Shown: positions 36,801 through 51,800 of the stretch, in pieces
Numbering within the stretch: position 1 is the first letter of the stretch
Layout: every line of letters starts with the position of its first letter
From: Bispira polyomma
Taxonomy: Eukaryota
DNA length: 64,000 nt
Direction of reading: 5' to 3'
Assembly (NCBI GenBank): GCA_965649765.1
Contig: OZ287752.1
Location: 24,242,001-24,306,000 of the forward strand
Made by a program: the position numbers and the translations under genes
Notes under the pieces: generated by a model
Databases searched by the model: none
Told to the model about the DNA's origin: nothing
Seen by the model: the letters and a program-made list of their open reading frames with translations, nothing else

Positions 36801-39800
36801 TGCCCCCCCCCCTTTGAGACTTAAAGTTACCTGTCTCATTGATCCTTTGCAAGTCTTTAAGCCTGCTGTCGACTGACATCTGGAGCTGGTCTGACTGCCT
36901 TAAGGTCTGGATAGAGGGGACCACTAGGTCATCTGCATCTGTGGGCCACTGGTTCTGCTGCCTGCCAAATGCCTGCGCGTCTTGAGTCTGCTGTACCATC
37001 TGCTGCCTGCCAAATGCCTGCTCCTGGGGTTGCTGCAATGCCTGCTGTCTGTCAAATGCCTGCTCCTGGGGTTACTGCAGTGCCTGCTGTCTGACTAATG
37101 CCTGTGTCTGTGTGACAACCTGTGGTTGCTGCTGTTGTATCTGTGTGCTACTTACTGATTGTTTATTACTTGTGGGCACACTCGCTAATATATTTTCACC
37201 GGGGGATGTGTTAAACTGTCCACCAGTATCCACCCGTTTCTTCACTTTTTCCATTCTACTACCAAGTTCCTTTAACTCTTGGAGTATGCGAAGGTTTACC
37301 TCCGCTGCTGATATAGTTTTGTAACTTTGTATATCCTCCGTGTCACTTTGCATATCTTACCATGGGTATTGTTTTTTTTATTAGCTTTATGTGCTTTGTA
37401 TTACAGGCCCCACCAACCCCAGGGGAAGAAAGCTTAAAGACACATGAATTGAGCTTACTATTTTTATTATACATAAAATTGAGGTTATTGCTACTACTAC
37501 AATATATTTACACATCCATTAAGTAAACATGTTAAGTTCGTTATACACATTTAATTAGTACATTATGTATACTGATAAACCTTTAATTAGTACATTCTTG
37601 ATTCTGGCAACCTTAACTCAACACTCAGTCTTTCAAGTTAAGGCTGGTTTGACAGTAAACTATGATCACCTTAACATCACTTTAAGGGGACCTTAATGTT
37701 CCCTTAATTTAAGACATAATGATACAATTTACTTTAAGGTAACATTAACATGTGTATAATTTTGAAATATTGAGTAATAAGTAAAATTCATGAACAGTAA
37801 TAGCATAACATAACAGTAAAATTTCCCTCAAGCCCAACACTAGTGTAGTGCTGCATTTATGTAGTTATTTATCTAATATGGATTGAAACGAACGAGCTAC
37901 TTGCTCCCCCAAGTTGTGGTCTGCCTGGATGTACCTCCACACACAATTTGACGTCCAGGTGCCATGATGTTTGATCTGTTGTATTGGTATATTTGCATTA
38001 TAAGCAAATGTAGCACCTGAACGTCGGAAGGTGTGGAACGTAAAGTAATGCAATTGTACATTGAGTCTAGACAAAGTTTTCCTAATACGGGTATCCGTAA
38101 GCACTTGCCAACCTGCAGCAGTTCTGCACTGGAATAAGGGCTCATGTTGCTGAGGGTTATACAATTGAAACACGTCACGCAAGGCTTTGTATGGACAGAG
38201 GTGTGATTCACCTAGCTTGGGGAAACTAATGACATTGACCTTGTTTCTGTCTTGCATTGTCTTAGTCCATTTTATTAAGACCTTGACCAGAGATTTGGTG
38301 AAGAAGACATCGCCCCCTGCCAAGTGTCTAGTGCTGTCAAAGGTATGCAAAGAATGTGGGGCAAGATTTGAGGCTCTAAAAAAAACAAAAAATGCTGTTA
38401 GAAACACAGCCTTGAAAACCTTGCCATGATGCATTTTTTCACATAATGATATCAAACTTTTTAGTGTTACTACATCCATGATGTTTCTACGTGTTATTGA
38501 TATGGGTCTATTAATTCTAACTGCTTTTACAAAGTACTTGATTTTGGGTTGCTCAAGGCACTGATAGGGGAGATCATAAATGATGCATTTTGCCTTTATG
38601 GCTGATATATAATTGCTAATCATGTTGACTGAGACTCCACTTACCACCAAACATTCCATAAAGGCCAACACTACCTCAGTATTGATATCTGCTAATTTAA
38701 CTTTGACATGAAAACAAAATGACACAAAGTTCTTGAATAACATGCTGTAACATCTTTGGGTCTTTGGTCGAAATGTCTGTTGCAATCTAGCACTTGCCTG
38801 ACCTGACAGCCATGCCACCACACTGTGACCTACAACAAAGTATAGTATCATTAGTTATCAGTATGTGCTGTAGATTATAAGTCATTATCTAATTCTAACA
38901 TTTCAATACACACAGGAAGCCATACTGGCTGTTGCACATACAATAATAATTCACTGTTATTTTCCACTGTATTCTGCCATCTAGACAGGAGATCGGCAGT
39001 TCTATTCAGTTTGCCCAGCACATGGATGTACTGCAGATCTACATCTGCCAGTGCAGCCAGATACCACACATTCCTGGCACAGGCCCCCAAGAAAGGGTCC
39101 CTGGCCCGACCTGACTGCAGCACTTTCACTACAGCATCATTGTCACATTTAATTAGCACTCGTCTACCACTCCAATGTTTGTAAAACAACCTCAAGGCAA
39201 GTAATATATTGATCATTTCTAAATGAACAATATCTAGCTGTTTGTAACCCCTACATATTCCAAGGTGGTATACCATGTCTTTCCATCTGCCCCCCAAACC
39301 TGTTAGGCAGGCATCTAGTTCTAATATAAAATCAGCATTTTTATGGTCATACATCGATATGCCATTGTATGTTGGCAGAAATTTAGCGAACCACCTCAAG
39401 TCCCTAAAGAAGTCTGCAGTCAATTGAATTTTGCCCCCATGCTGGCTTTTTCTCAAGAGCTCCAGCATCCTGTTTAAGAAGAACCTGGCCGGCTTTACAC
39501 ATTTGTGTACATACAGTAGCAGCCCCAAAAGGGACTGCAACTGCCTAATAGTACAAGTTTTTCGGTTATGCCATTCCTTGACAACTTCATTAATTTTGTG
39601 CAGCTTATCTTGGGGAATCGAGATAGTTCCAGTTTCTGTATTAATGAGGACTCCCAAACACACAGCCTGTGTGCTAGGGGGTATCAATTTCATTTACAAG
39701 CCGCACATTTATAAAGTCTATGGGATGCCATCTCCTTAATAGTTCACTATAATTTTTAAGTCACTGAAATACAATATAAACAAGACCATGCTTTGACATT

Positions 39801-42800
39801 TGCGGATATTCGGGTGGATGTGAAATAAATTGTAATCTGACCACAATAAAAGTAGAAGTAAAATACTTCCCCCAACAATTTGCTACAACAAACAGCAGAG
39901 CAATATTCGCATATATGAAAGCATTTCGTCGTTTGTAACACTCCAGTAAGATCATCAAACGTCAGTTGAATCTAAAAAGATTAATTCCTACAAAATTATT
40001 TTGTTCATAAACAATAATACTTTAAAGCTCCTGTGAAGTATACACCTATATGAACAGTCCATATAGTTTGAGGTTTTTTACAAGGTAATATTATATACAG
40101 GTTTACGTAATGTAAGGGTAAAAATATTCTTGTTTAAAATAAATTGAAAATTTTAATTCCCAAGTCCAACGTGAATACCAATTCTTTAAGTAAACACTTT
40201 TTAAGCTTTTTGCTCGCCATTCATGTAAAAAAAATTGAATATTTTGTGATTATTTGTAATAGTTAACCTTGTGGTTACTAGTCATATACACAAAGGGAAT
40301 ATGTGGTAGACTATGATATAAAATATAATTTAACCTCGATCTAGATTATCTGGAATTTGAAATTTACTTAGTTATTAATGGGTTGAGGTAAAATTACCTT
40401 TAAATTTAGTAAGATATTATTACTATTACTATGCATTTTTAACGCGCTTTATTGATGCCAGGCATCTTCTAATGCGCAACAGCAGAATCAGTGATCCAAT
40501 CGTAAAGTCCATGGGCATAGCAAGGTAGGGTGGTAAACTGGCATTCCCTGTTGCTACTCGGTTCGGCAGTTCTAGTAAAGAAGCAGCTCAGATTGTTTAA
40601 AACCAATTCTCAGTAGCAAATAAATTAAATGACTTATTTCAGCTAACAAATGCATACTTTCTGTCATTATTCATATAATTAGCCTAAGCTTCCTTTCAGC
40701 ACATTCCGACGTCGGCCAATTTGTAGGTGTCCAATCCGATCCAACATCAGCCAACGTTGTTCTTCTTTTTATCCGATATATACTTAAAATATATTTACAG
40801 TTAAATAAGGGTACCCATATTTACTCTTGATGTGTAACTGACGTCATTATGACGTTGCTGTGACGTACTATTAACAGTAGAAGGGGAAAGTTAAGCGAGG
40901 TACCCGTCTATAAAATTAAATATTTGAGGAATAGTGAGTATATATCGGGGTAAAACTATACCCATGATTGTGTTTTTGTAGCCATTCTTGTTTCAAACTC
41001 GGACAGTCCTACCAATTTTCCCCTCACTGACTGATAAATTTTTATTGTGTAACAGACGTCGGCCGACGTCTGATCTGATCTGAGGGAAATATGTTCAATG
41101 GAAGCCATTGGTCATATTAAATAATGACTGCTAAAATTGGCCGATGCCTACGCTTTCTTTCAGCACATTCCGACGTCAGCCGATTTATGTCTGTCTCATC
41201 TGATTCTACGTTGGCCGAATTGTGCTTCCTTCCTTTCAGTCGATAATAAAATAAGCTTTCTCATGCCATTTTTTAACCTCAAAATATGAAGAATATTGAG
41301 AATATATCCGATGAAACCTTTTCCTATGATAATGTATTTGTATTAGTTTGTTGTAAAATCGGACAAGTCTTTAGGATTGCAAACTTGGACTTCCCTTCAC
41401 CTGTTGAGCCATTTCCAGGACATTTGTTATTTCTTGGTCGGTGATGATGCCATTGGGTTGGCTCAGAACATGATGAAGATATTTTAACGACAGAAATCCA
41501 ATGAAGAAATAATATTTAACTACAGATTATCTTCAGTCCATAGAATTGTAGAGAGTGCCTTCTGTATCCTCACCTATATGTTCCCTACCTTGCTGACCAC
41601 TTTTCAACAATAGCCATGAACTGTTAAGTCGATTGTGTTGGCATTTGCTTGCTTGCACAATCTAATGGGCAACAAGTATCCAGCTTTGCAGAATCCGGGG
41701 ATGGATAGTGAGGGAAATGAACAGAGAGTGCCAGAATGTCAGGGGTCATACTCAGTTTTCATGCAGGACCGCCCATATTTGGTACTAGTTGCAATTATAA
41801 GCAGAAGTCGAACCAGCAACCTTCTGATCACCACACAAAATCCATAACCACTGGACCATGGGAGACCAAAACATTACCCTTATTTGACCATTGATCTTAG
41901 AGAGGGGCCACAATAAGACAATCTTTGTCTGCATTTGCTTTTTACACTGAGAAATATTTTTTTTAAGTTCAGTAAATCCCTTTGAGATCAAAGTGAATCC
42001 CTCTCAGGCGAGTGGTGATCAGGCCTCCAAGGCCAGAGGTGTTCAGGCCACGGAAGCTGGTCTGTGACAGGTTCACTTGGTCTGGTGGTGGCTTGAAGGA
42101 GGTGGACGCTGTGGCTGTAAATAGGTGGTCTATTGTGTCAGTGTTGTCATCGTCTTGTACCGCATCATTGACTGAAAAATTTCTTGCATGAAGCCGGTCA
42201 GCCGCATTCAGGTAAATTGCCATCCACAAGCCCAATACAGTGGCAGAAAGAGAGTTTGGAGAATATTGCGTCATCCACCCGCCTGCTACTGGATTTCGCC
42301 AGTCGTGGGCTGACTCTAGTGACTAGGTTTGGGTGGGGCGGGGCCAGGGGTCGACTCGGGATGGTTCACATTGCTCAGGGTTATGTGCTATGAGTAGGCA
42401 ATGTTTGTCAGCACCTTGTGCTCCGAATCCAGATCACCACTCCCACCTAATGGATAGGCAGGTACCATATCCAGCCTTCAAGTCTCATTTCTGGTTACAA
42501 GATGCATCTCCAAGGAGCCAAAAAGATCTCAGTTTTTAAAAAAATACAACAAAAATTGGTAAGCATTTTGGTAACTCTGAGTGGCCCGTTCTTCACAATC
42601 CTGGTCACCTACCCCCTCCTCCATCATCACCAGAGGTTAAGGGTTTCCTTAGACGTAATCGCAGGGGCTGCCCCACAGAGTGTATGAATTTTAGGTTCCC
42701 CATTCCAGCTTTTCTACTCTTTCCTTTCCCCTTTCCATTCTTTACTACAACTTTCGGTGTCATTTAAATGTCACAGTAAAAATTAATATAACCGTTAATA

Positions 42801-45800
42801 TACCAGTTAATATAACAGCATAAACACAATCTTCAACCAAATATACTTTAATTTTTTTTTACTCTAAATCGAGTTGTTTCTTCCATCACCACTTGTTATT
42901 CACGTCTTTTACAAGGTTCGTATATAGCAGTATACCCCTGAGCATGTATATGCTGACTGGATCCTTGAAATTTGAAACTAGAGATACAAATGACATTAGC
43001 CATATGACTTTTTTGTACCTACTTGACTTTCAATGGGGTGGCCAGCAGTTAAAATCTTTACATTTTGCAAACAATAAAGTACTTTTCCGCTACCTCTCCT
43101 GAGCTTTGGCACATGCTTTTCTAAAGAATTTTAACCTTCCTTTGCAGGATAAGCATTAGCCCTGCTGTGCACCAACATTTTTCACATTGATGCACATACA
43201 ATTGTCCACCAGAAGGATATGCTTTGTAAATACAGTTTACTCTTTGAAAGAATAGACAAGGAATACTGAGATTCACTAACTACCCTTTCGCTTCACGGAT
43301 TCCGTCAAATTGTATGTTTTTTACACAATTTCCCTCTGGTGTATACCTAAATTGCCATGAAATAGCAGTCTGAAAGAAAACTTGAGCTTCTGCTGTTCGT
43401 CTCCTCACTGGCTGAAGAGTTCAATTAACCTGGGGCCTGTATATCGAAGCCTTTGTTACAGAAACAAGTTCGTTAGGTCTCAGTTAAGGCTTAGTTTGCA
43501 AAGTTTAAAGTAAATGAAAACCTTAGTTAGTTTACTGTGGATTTACTTCATTCGTAAAACCCCCAAAATTGAACGACAACTCTAGCCCTGTCGTTATATT
43601 AGCAGAACTTGGCCGCTAGCTGACCTAGTATGCCCACCCATGGTCAGGCTTAACAATTTTCACTTTTAAAAGGTTTTAGCTTATTATTTAATGATTGTAA
43701 ACCTCTACTTATTACTAACTTGTACAAAATATTGTCTCAAACTATTATTTTACTGTCTTACACACCTAAACCGTACTTACCTTATTTCTACTACCTTCAA
43801 AATTAGCTGGACTGTCAAAATAAAATTCTCTAAAAATATATTATATTTCAGAGGCCAACATAATATATTTAATTCATGTGCAGTAATATCACATGATATT
43901 TATATAATCTATGGCAAATAAAGTGCTCTGTTCTCATGAATGAGCAAGTAAAATAAAAAATCCATGCTGTAATATCATACCTATAATTTTTTATGAACTA
44001 TATAGTCAGTGTGCAACAATAAGGTATTAATGTGTTTTTTATATTACTTTTCTTGCAGAAAATGTACATCTTTATAACTTATAACTACATCAATATGAAA
44101 TATCCTTCTTAGATAATATGCAATCTTATGTTTATATAATGTAGACATAATTTCTAAAATATAAGCATCAATTAATCACTATATGAATATGTCATAATAA
44201 CTTGTTATTCATTTTCATTCAGATTAATATATAAAACTATTGTCAGTTTATCCTGGGGTTCTTTGTCATTGCAGACATATCCTGATGCTGTTGTTCAACA
44301 GTCTGTTTAAGGGCTATTACTGGTGGCATTTTGTTAATGGTCATCAGATACTGTTTTGTCCTGATCAGATACTAAAAAGACTTCACCAACAGACATGCCT
44401 TTTACATGTTCTTGATCATTCAGTAACTTGCCTTCTTTTGTGCACTGATTTGAAGAGTAGTTGGGCAGATCAGTCAATTGCGGAAGGATAGTTCATCTAT
44501 TACTTTAAGATCATTGTCTTCTCTTGGTAGAACACCATTTTGCCGACTCAGGCCATCTACATTACCCAACTTCCTGCCTGCTCTATGTTCTATAGTAAAG
44601 TCATACTGTTGGAGATAGGTAACCCATCTTGGAATTCTACCAGTTGTTTTCTTTTGATCAAAGAGCCACTTTAAGGCTATATGATCTGTTACTATCTTGA
44701 AATTATTACCTTTTAAGTATGGCTCAAAATGTTTCACTCCAAGTATACAAGCTAAAGCTTCTAGTTCTGAGACACTATATTTCTTCTCTGCATCTGTGAA
44801 TTTCTTTGCAGCATAAGATAAAACCCTCTCCTTTCCATCTTGAATCTGGCTAAGGATCATGCCAGCTCTATGGACACTAGCATCAGTATACAGTATGTAT
44901 GGCTGCTGGTATCTGGCGTAAGCTAGTATTGGGGAAATAACCAAAGCATCTTTCAAATCTTGGAAAGATCTTTCTTGAGCTTCTCCCCAAACAAATGGAG
45001 TGTCTAGCTTTGTAAGTTCTGATAGGGGTAAGGCCTGTTCTGTGTACTTCTATATGAACCGACGATAAAAGCTTGTGATTCCTAAATAACTGCCTAATTC
45101 TCTAAGAATAACCTGGCAAGTATCTGGTAAAGGCTCTACTCCCTTTGCACCAACTACATTCCCTAAAAATCGCACCTCCTTGCAACAGAACACACACTTC
45201 TTTGGTTTTAATTTGAGATTTGCAGCCTCTAACCTATCAAAAACAATTTTCAATCTTTCTAAATGTTCATTGAAAGTCTGTGAATAAATGATAATATCAA
45301 GATAGACCAGGCAAATTTTCCATACAAGACCTTGGAGCACACTAGTCATAAGTCTTGCAAAAGTAGATGGTACATTCTCCAATCCAAAAGGCATTCTTTC
45401 AAACTCATATAAACCATCATGAGTGACAAAAGCAGTCAGTGGCCTGGATTCTTGAGCCATCTCGATTGGCCAATATCTGCTCTCCATGTCAAGAGTAGAA
45501 AAATATGAGGCCTTTGAACTTCCCAAAGATTCCATAGAATCATCCACTCGAGCTATTGGATGACTATCTGGTATAGTATTCGAATTCAGAATCTCCAGGA
45601 ATCATCTGGCTTTTTAACCATAACCACCGGTGAAGCATATGGACTACGAGAAGGTCTTATAATTCATATTATAATATATATGTCTTTTCACTCATATCTC
45701 GTACTTGCTGTGATATTTCATCTCTTATTCTTGGGTTGCTGCCATAGGGAGCAGACCTAAATGTTCTAGGTCCTAGGTTTATTTCATGTTTAAGAACATG

Positions 45801-48800
45801 TTTAGGGTACATCCTAATTCTTTCCCTGGCACTTGAAAAAGGTTTCTATTATCCCACAGAGCATCTTTTAACTGCCTTTCTTCCGACTCAGTAAGCGAAC
45901 CATTGCTCCATTTAAACAACTCTTCAAATTCTTGTCTTGAAATGGTGTTTTCTGTTTTGGTCTCATAATTACCAGCATACCCACTTGACTCTATGACTTG
46001 TACACAATCCTTCTCTCCAAGCACCTCCAGGTGTGCAACACAATCACCCTTTTCAAAACACATAGGAATATCTTTTGTATTCCTTAGCTCAATTAGCACA
46101 AGCGGATTTCTTGGTTTGATGTTAGTAATACTACACCTGATATTGGTAGATTGTAAAATTCCAAAAGGACAGGGATCTATTTTTACTACAGCAACAACAT
46201 CTAATGGTTCTTTTAGAGTTCCATAAAGCAATGTCTCTTCTAGTGGATTCAGCTGATAATCAGTTTGCATGTACACATCAAGTGTCTCTGGTATTTTGAT
46301 CGTGTTCCTGTCAAAGTCCAAGCATACACCAAATGCTTCTAGGAAATCTATTCCAAGTAAGACTGGGTAGGGCATGCAAGTAACATACTTCAATTTCCAA
46401 CTAATGATCTGACTTCCTATAGTAAATGCAAATGGAATCACCCCTTGTATGGCTGTATTTCAAGTATGGGAAACATCTGTAAAAGTTCAGGTCCTGCCAG
46501 AGATATAGTAGCGCCTGAATCAACCAAGGCATAAACATTCTTATTATTCTTTTTTAACTTCAAAAATGTAAGTCCACTAGTTCTATTGTCATTAGGGGTG
46601 AGGGTGAGAGCAACTAAGACCTTCTCTGTTGCGCCCAAGACCCCACCTGAGGCGCACTCCAGTTTAAATGAGCATCCTGTTGCTTGAAACTTTGTTGGTT
46701 TCTTTGAAATTGTGGACAATGCCGTTTAATATGACCTCTTCTATTGCATTTGAAGCACACTAAATCTCCATGTTGAGGACGTCTCACACAATTACTAACA
46801 GTATGACCGTAAACTTGACATCTATTACAGAACATTTGGCAAATTCCTCTCCCTGGTGCAGTGTTTTGATTGGGCTTATCCCTGGTCAAGCTACTCTTTA
46901 GAAAAACCATGTCCTCCTCTGTTGATTGATAGTTTCCTGGAGCTCTCCAATTAGCTTTGTAAAATCTTCCAATTTCTTTAGGTGGTTTTCTTATAAAACA
47001 TATATCCTATTACCTTGGTGGTCTTTAGGCTTGAGCTTCTCAATACTTTCAGCCAGCCTGGCTTTGCTTTCAAGATCATCAACTGTTTATGGCTGGTGGC
47101 CTATAACAAAAGCTTTAATGCCAGGCAATAATCCATGTAGGATGATACTCCTGGTCTCAGCTTCTCCTTTTTGTAGTTGGTCACATCTCTGTCTCACATT
47201 AGTAATACAACTCTCCATTGATTCTGTAGGGAACTGTACCCTCGAGAAAAGCCCTTGCTCCTTAAGCCATGTCAGGTTGTTTGCATTTATAAACTTCTCA
47301 GAGAATGCTGCGTGCACTCCGTCCTAATCTTGATGAACATCTTCTGGCAAACTCCCATACCAAACCTCCGCAGCCCCTTCTAAAAGCAATCGATACATTC
47401 TTGATTTCCTCTGTTCATTCATATTACAGTACTCTGCATAACTCACAAAGCGTTTCATCCATCGTTTGGCATCTTCACAGGAAGTTCCTCTAAAAGGAGC
47501 AGGCCGTAATGCAGCAGTTTCTGGAAAAGGTCCATGTTGTTGAATAGCATCCTGCAACTGTGTGTGATATTCCTCTTGTTGATCTCTTTGGTCTGCAAGT
47601 CGTTGTTGAAGCTGATCCTGGAGCCCACCCTGTACATCCCCTTGATTAGCGAGTCGGTGGAGTTGAGCCCCCAATTCCTCAATATTTTGAGCCATTAGAT
47701 CTAGATATGCCATCCTTGTCCTCAAGTGATAGTAACTTGTTACCCTCGGAGGCTTTGTTTGAGCTTCCAGGATGCTAAATTAAAATTATAAGCAGTTAAA
47801 ATTACAGTTGCTGTTGTCAGCACAGTTCAAATTCATACTGTGGACACTTCTATTGCCACTGGGTAGCAACCATGTTCTGCTCGGATATGTGTTGTTACTT
47901 CCTTGGTAGTTACCCTTTTAAATTTACAGTAGGGGCAGCCATATGTCCATGCAGTAGTGGTGACATTTGACCAATGTATTGAAATGGCCCTGATACCAGA
48001 AAGTGTGGTCTCTTCATCTGCGTAAGGGAAGCTGGTAGAACTAACATCGGATGATTATATATTATCTTGCATGTTTGTTCATGTCTCATGACTTCTTATG
48101 AAATACCCGGCATCTCCACCAATTGTTATGAGGTTATTTTCAGTGGTCAGTCTTGACCACTTGCTTGTCAGTTCAACCCCATATCGGCTGGGATCTTTTA
48201 TCTCAGAGAAGTATGAAGACAAGAAAAGATAAACTTGATCACTGTCACAACATTTATTAGTAAACAGCACGACACTTACATAATAATTATCCAAGTAAGA
48301 GATGTAACCATAACAGTTACATGTATCCAACTGACTCCCACTAAGCTTTATTAGACTTTCTCTAGCTTCACTCCAGCCTCCACTCCAACTAACTGTGTGT
48401 CTCTGGACTAAGCTTTATATAGTGTTAATAGCATTTATAGGGATCTAAAGTTATTTATGGAATTTAGAATGTCATGTGGGTATGAAGTTTAGGAAGTTCC
48501 TTTACATAACATTCCATTGGTGTCAAGTGAGTTATGGCACTGGACACCAATGGAATGTGATGGCATGTATTGAATGTTATGTAAGAACAAGTTCTAATGG
48601 AATTTTGGTCATAACAATACCTACCGTTAGAGTGTCTATGATTTACAGTAATTTTATATACAGGTGTTGATTCCACAGGGGACTGCCGGTTCACTAATAT
48701 CATTAGGTCCACCTTAAGACATTTTAAGGATTTCACGTTTAGTTATACTTTCTGTCTGTCCATCAATAAAAAAATACATAATCTGAAATTGGAATTGATG

Positions 48801-51800
48801 TATTTTTTTTTATATTTTGTGGGTACATGTGCATATATATAAACTAGTATATATGAAACACTATATGAGTAACACCTGAGTAACACATATGACGTTGCAC
48901 AGATACCTTATGTCATTTGTTCAAATAAAAGACTTTAGAACAAATTTGATAATAATTATATCATGTATGTGTGTATACCTTTTTACATGTAGCCATAGTG
49001 CAAGCAGTACTTATATCCATATTTAAAAATACATACAAGTCAAAAAAAATTACATAACAACAAGCGTAAGTATAGTTTCCTTAATCATATTGTGTACATT
49101 GTTTTGTTTTATCTGCTTTATTATTACTTATTACTTAGAATGAATGTTTACTCAGATTAATAAGTTGTTGTTGCTTCAAGTTTTCGAAGTTTAGAAACTA
49201 AGTTATTATTTCATTATAAGTTACTTACATATTACAATAATGTAAAATTAATAAATGAATGTAATTTAATAATAAATCTAGGTAATGTTAAATTTACTAT
49301 TTTAAAAACTTATTTTAGTTTCTCCATCTCAACCAGTACTCAGTGGTTTAGTTTTTGAAGAGAACAATCCCACAACAGTTCAATGCACAGTACAGTCAGT
49401 AAAGCCAGGTGTGGGCAGTGTAGTGTTTACAGTGACAGTAGATCCAGACTTCAATGTCCAGAGTTTAGACAGTGATTTATCAGAGGGATCAGCAGATCCT
49501 ACAACAGGAGCCCTGTCAGTGAATTACTCACCACACATCTCACTACAGAGAAAACACAATGGGCAGCTGGCTGTATGTGAGGTGGTCTGGAGAGGAGGGG
49601 TAGGAACTGTGACATCAGAGGGGAAAACTGTGGCTGTGAGATGTATGTATATATTAAGTACGAAACACAATAGACAGCAGGTTGTGTGTGAGATGTGAGC
49701 ATAGTATAAGTATAACAACACAATGGATAGCAGGCTGTATGTAAGATAAAAGTATAGTATAAGTATAAAAGCACAATAGACAGCAGGCTGTGTGTGAGGT
49801 GTAAGTATAGTATAAGTATAAACACTATGAACAGCAGGCTGTGTGTGAGGTGTAAGTATAGTATAAGTATATAAAATTCGATGGACAGCAGGCTATGTAA
49901 AAATTGTTAGTATAGTGTAAGTATTAAAACTCAATGGACAGTAAGCGACAATGGACAATGCGAAGTGTAAGTATAGTACAAGTATATAAAACTCAATGGA
50001 CAGCAGGCTGTGTAAAAATTGTTAGTATAGTGTAAGTATAAAAACTCAATGGACAGTAAGCTGTGTGTGAGGTGGTCTAGATCGAAGGGAACTGTAACTT
50101 CAGCATATGAAAGTGTGGCTGTGAGATGTAAGTATAAGTATGAAAGACAATGTACACCAGACTGGGTATGAGCTGTAAATATAGTCTAATTAGCAAAATA
50201 CAGTCAAGTCTAAGTGTGATATGGTTAGAGCATACTACTAACAAAATTAATGATATATCAGATTTATTGATGATATATCAAAAACAGTTTTGTAATTCAA
50301 AATATTTGTTGATATGATAAAAACTGTATCAATGTCAGTATACATGAGGGTTATTATATGGTTTGTTTGATAACCTTGTTTTATAAGGTGTTCTACTATT
50401 GCAGTTTCAGCGACCAGTATCATCATGACTCAGTCACCCAGTGGTTTAGTCCCAGAGAACACACTAATAACCTTTACCTGTTTGACTGATGAAGCCAATC
50501 CTACTGCTACTGTGACATGGACTGTAAATGGTAGTAGCACCAGTTCTACCAGTGACTCTACTGTAGATGATGGTGTTAACAGTGCGGTGAAAAAAGAGAG
50601 TGTATTGATACTGACTGCAGAGAAGGGATTTCATAATAAAACAGTCAAATGTATGGTCAGTGAGAACACAGGAGTGACAGCTGCAGAAACATTGAACATA
50701 GCGTGTAGGTATTTGTAGCATTTACATGAAATTGTCCCTCTTACTTTAACATATTTAAATAAAGTGCTAAAACATGTGATTTATGCTTTAACTAGCACAA
50801 TTGTTTGAAAGTTAAACATTGTGTTATCGGCAACTATTTCAAGATCACTCTAGTAGTATCAGATTTATTCAGAATGTATTTTTGTACCTAATTTAACTGA
50901 TCATCACTATTTAAACAAATGTTTGAAGTGAATTTTTTAAATATTGCCATACAAAGCCTAGCGAAGATATATTATTCATATTGCTCAATACCGTTAAAAT
51001 TTTCTGTTCATTAAATAAGAAACTGTTATCTAAAGACTGAAATGATCAACCAGAATTATTACAATTAATGTCATAATTGTTTTTTTAATCAGCAGAAAAC
51101 TATTGAAAGCAAAACATACAGCAAAACAAAAGACCAGTAACTGCTTCATATATGCTACTGTCATTTTAGTATTAGTGTGTGGTTAGCAAGGCTCTAATGT
51201 TATGTATTTCTGTGTTTGCTATGGTATAATTAAATTCAGTGCGTGATATAATCGGAAAACTACCCAAGTGATGTATATTAAAAAATTATATGACGAAAGA
51301 ACATAAACAGTACTATATAAGCCTAGGAGGGTGAGTATTGTGCATTTTATCTTTTTAAGTCATATCATTTTTAATATACACCAGAAGTGTAGGTTTTCGT
51401 TTTTATCCACTTATAAAATATCATTACATTAAGTTATATAGTTAAAAATATAACATAAACAGTCCGAAAAGGGTGTAAAATATTAAAAATTCAAGACAAA
51501 ATAAACAAAAAGTACTGACTTGCTACCTTAAAGAATTAACTTCAAATAGAAACTTCTACCACTCTAAAAATCGCATTTTGTTCACAATATAATTGAATAA
51601 TGCTTATATTTTCTACATATCGAAATTTTTAAACAATAAGTTGTTTACTTTGACAGTATTAAAACAAACCCAAACTGTATAAATTCTTTGTTTACGTTTC
51701 AAAACCTTCCATTATGACGTCACAATACAAATTTGAAAGCCAAGAAGTACAGAGTTGGTACCATAAAGAATTAACTTCAAACTCATATTTATAAGGCACT

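Larger units (their letters stand above)
44245..48616 (-). mobile_element. Gypsy LTR retrotransposon, degenerate; integrase and 3' LTR missing
   Basis: gag from 47725 with two CCHC knuckles, protease ALVDSGA, RT 45547-45050, RNase H 44956-44474 (LYTDAS, YSVSELEALA); PR-RT-RH order. Confidence 0.92.

Noticed and set aside
41801-41867. Functional tRNA gene
   Set aside because: A and B boxes present but no acceptor stem pairing; treated as SINE head
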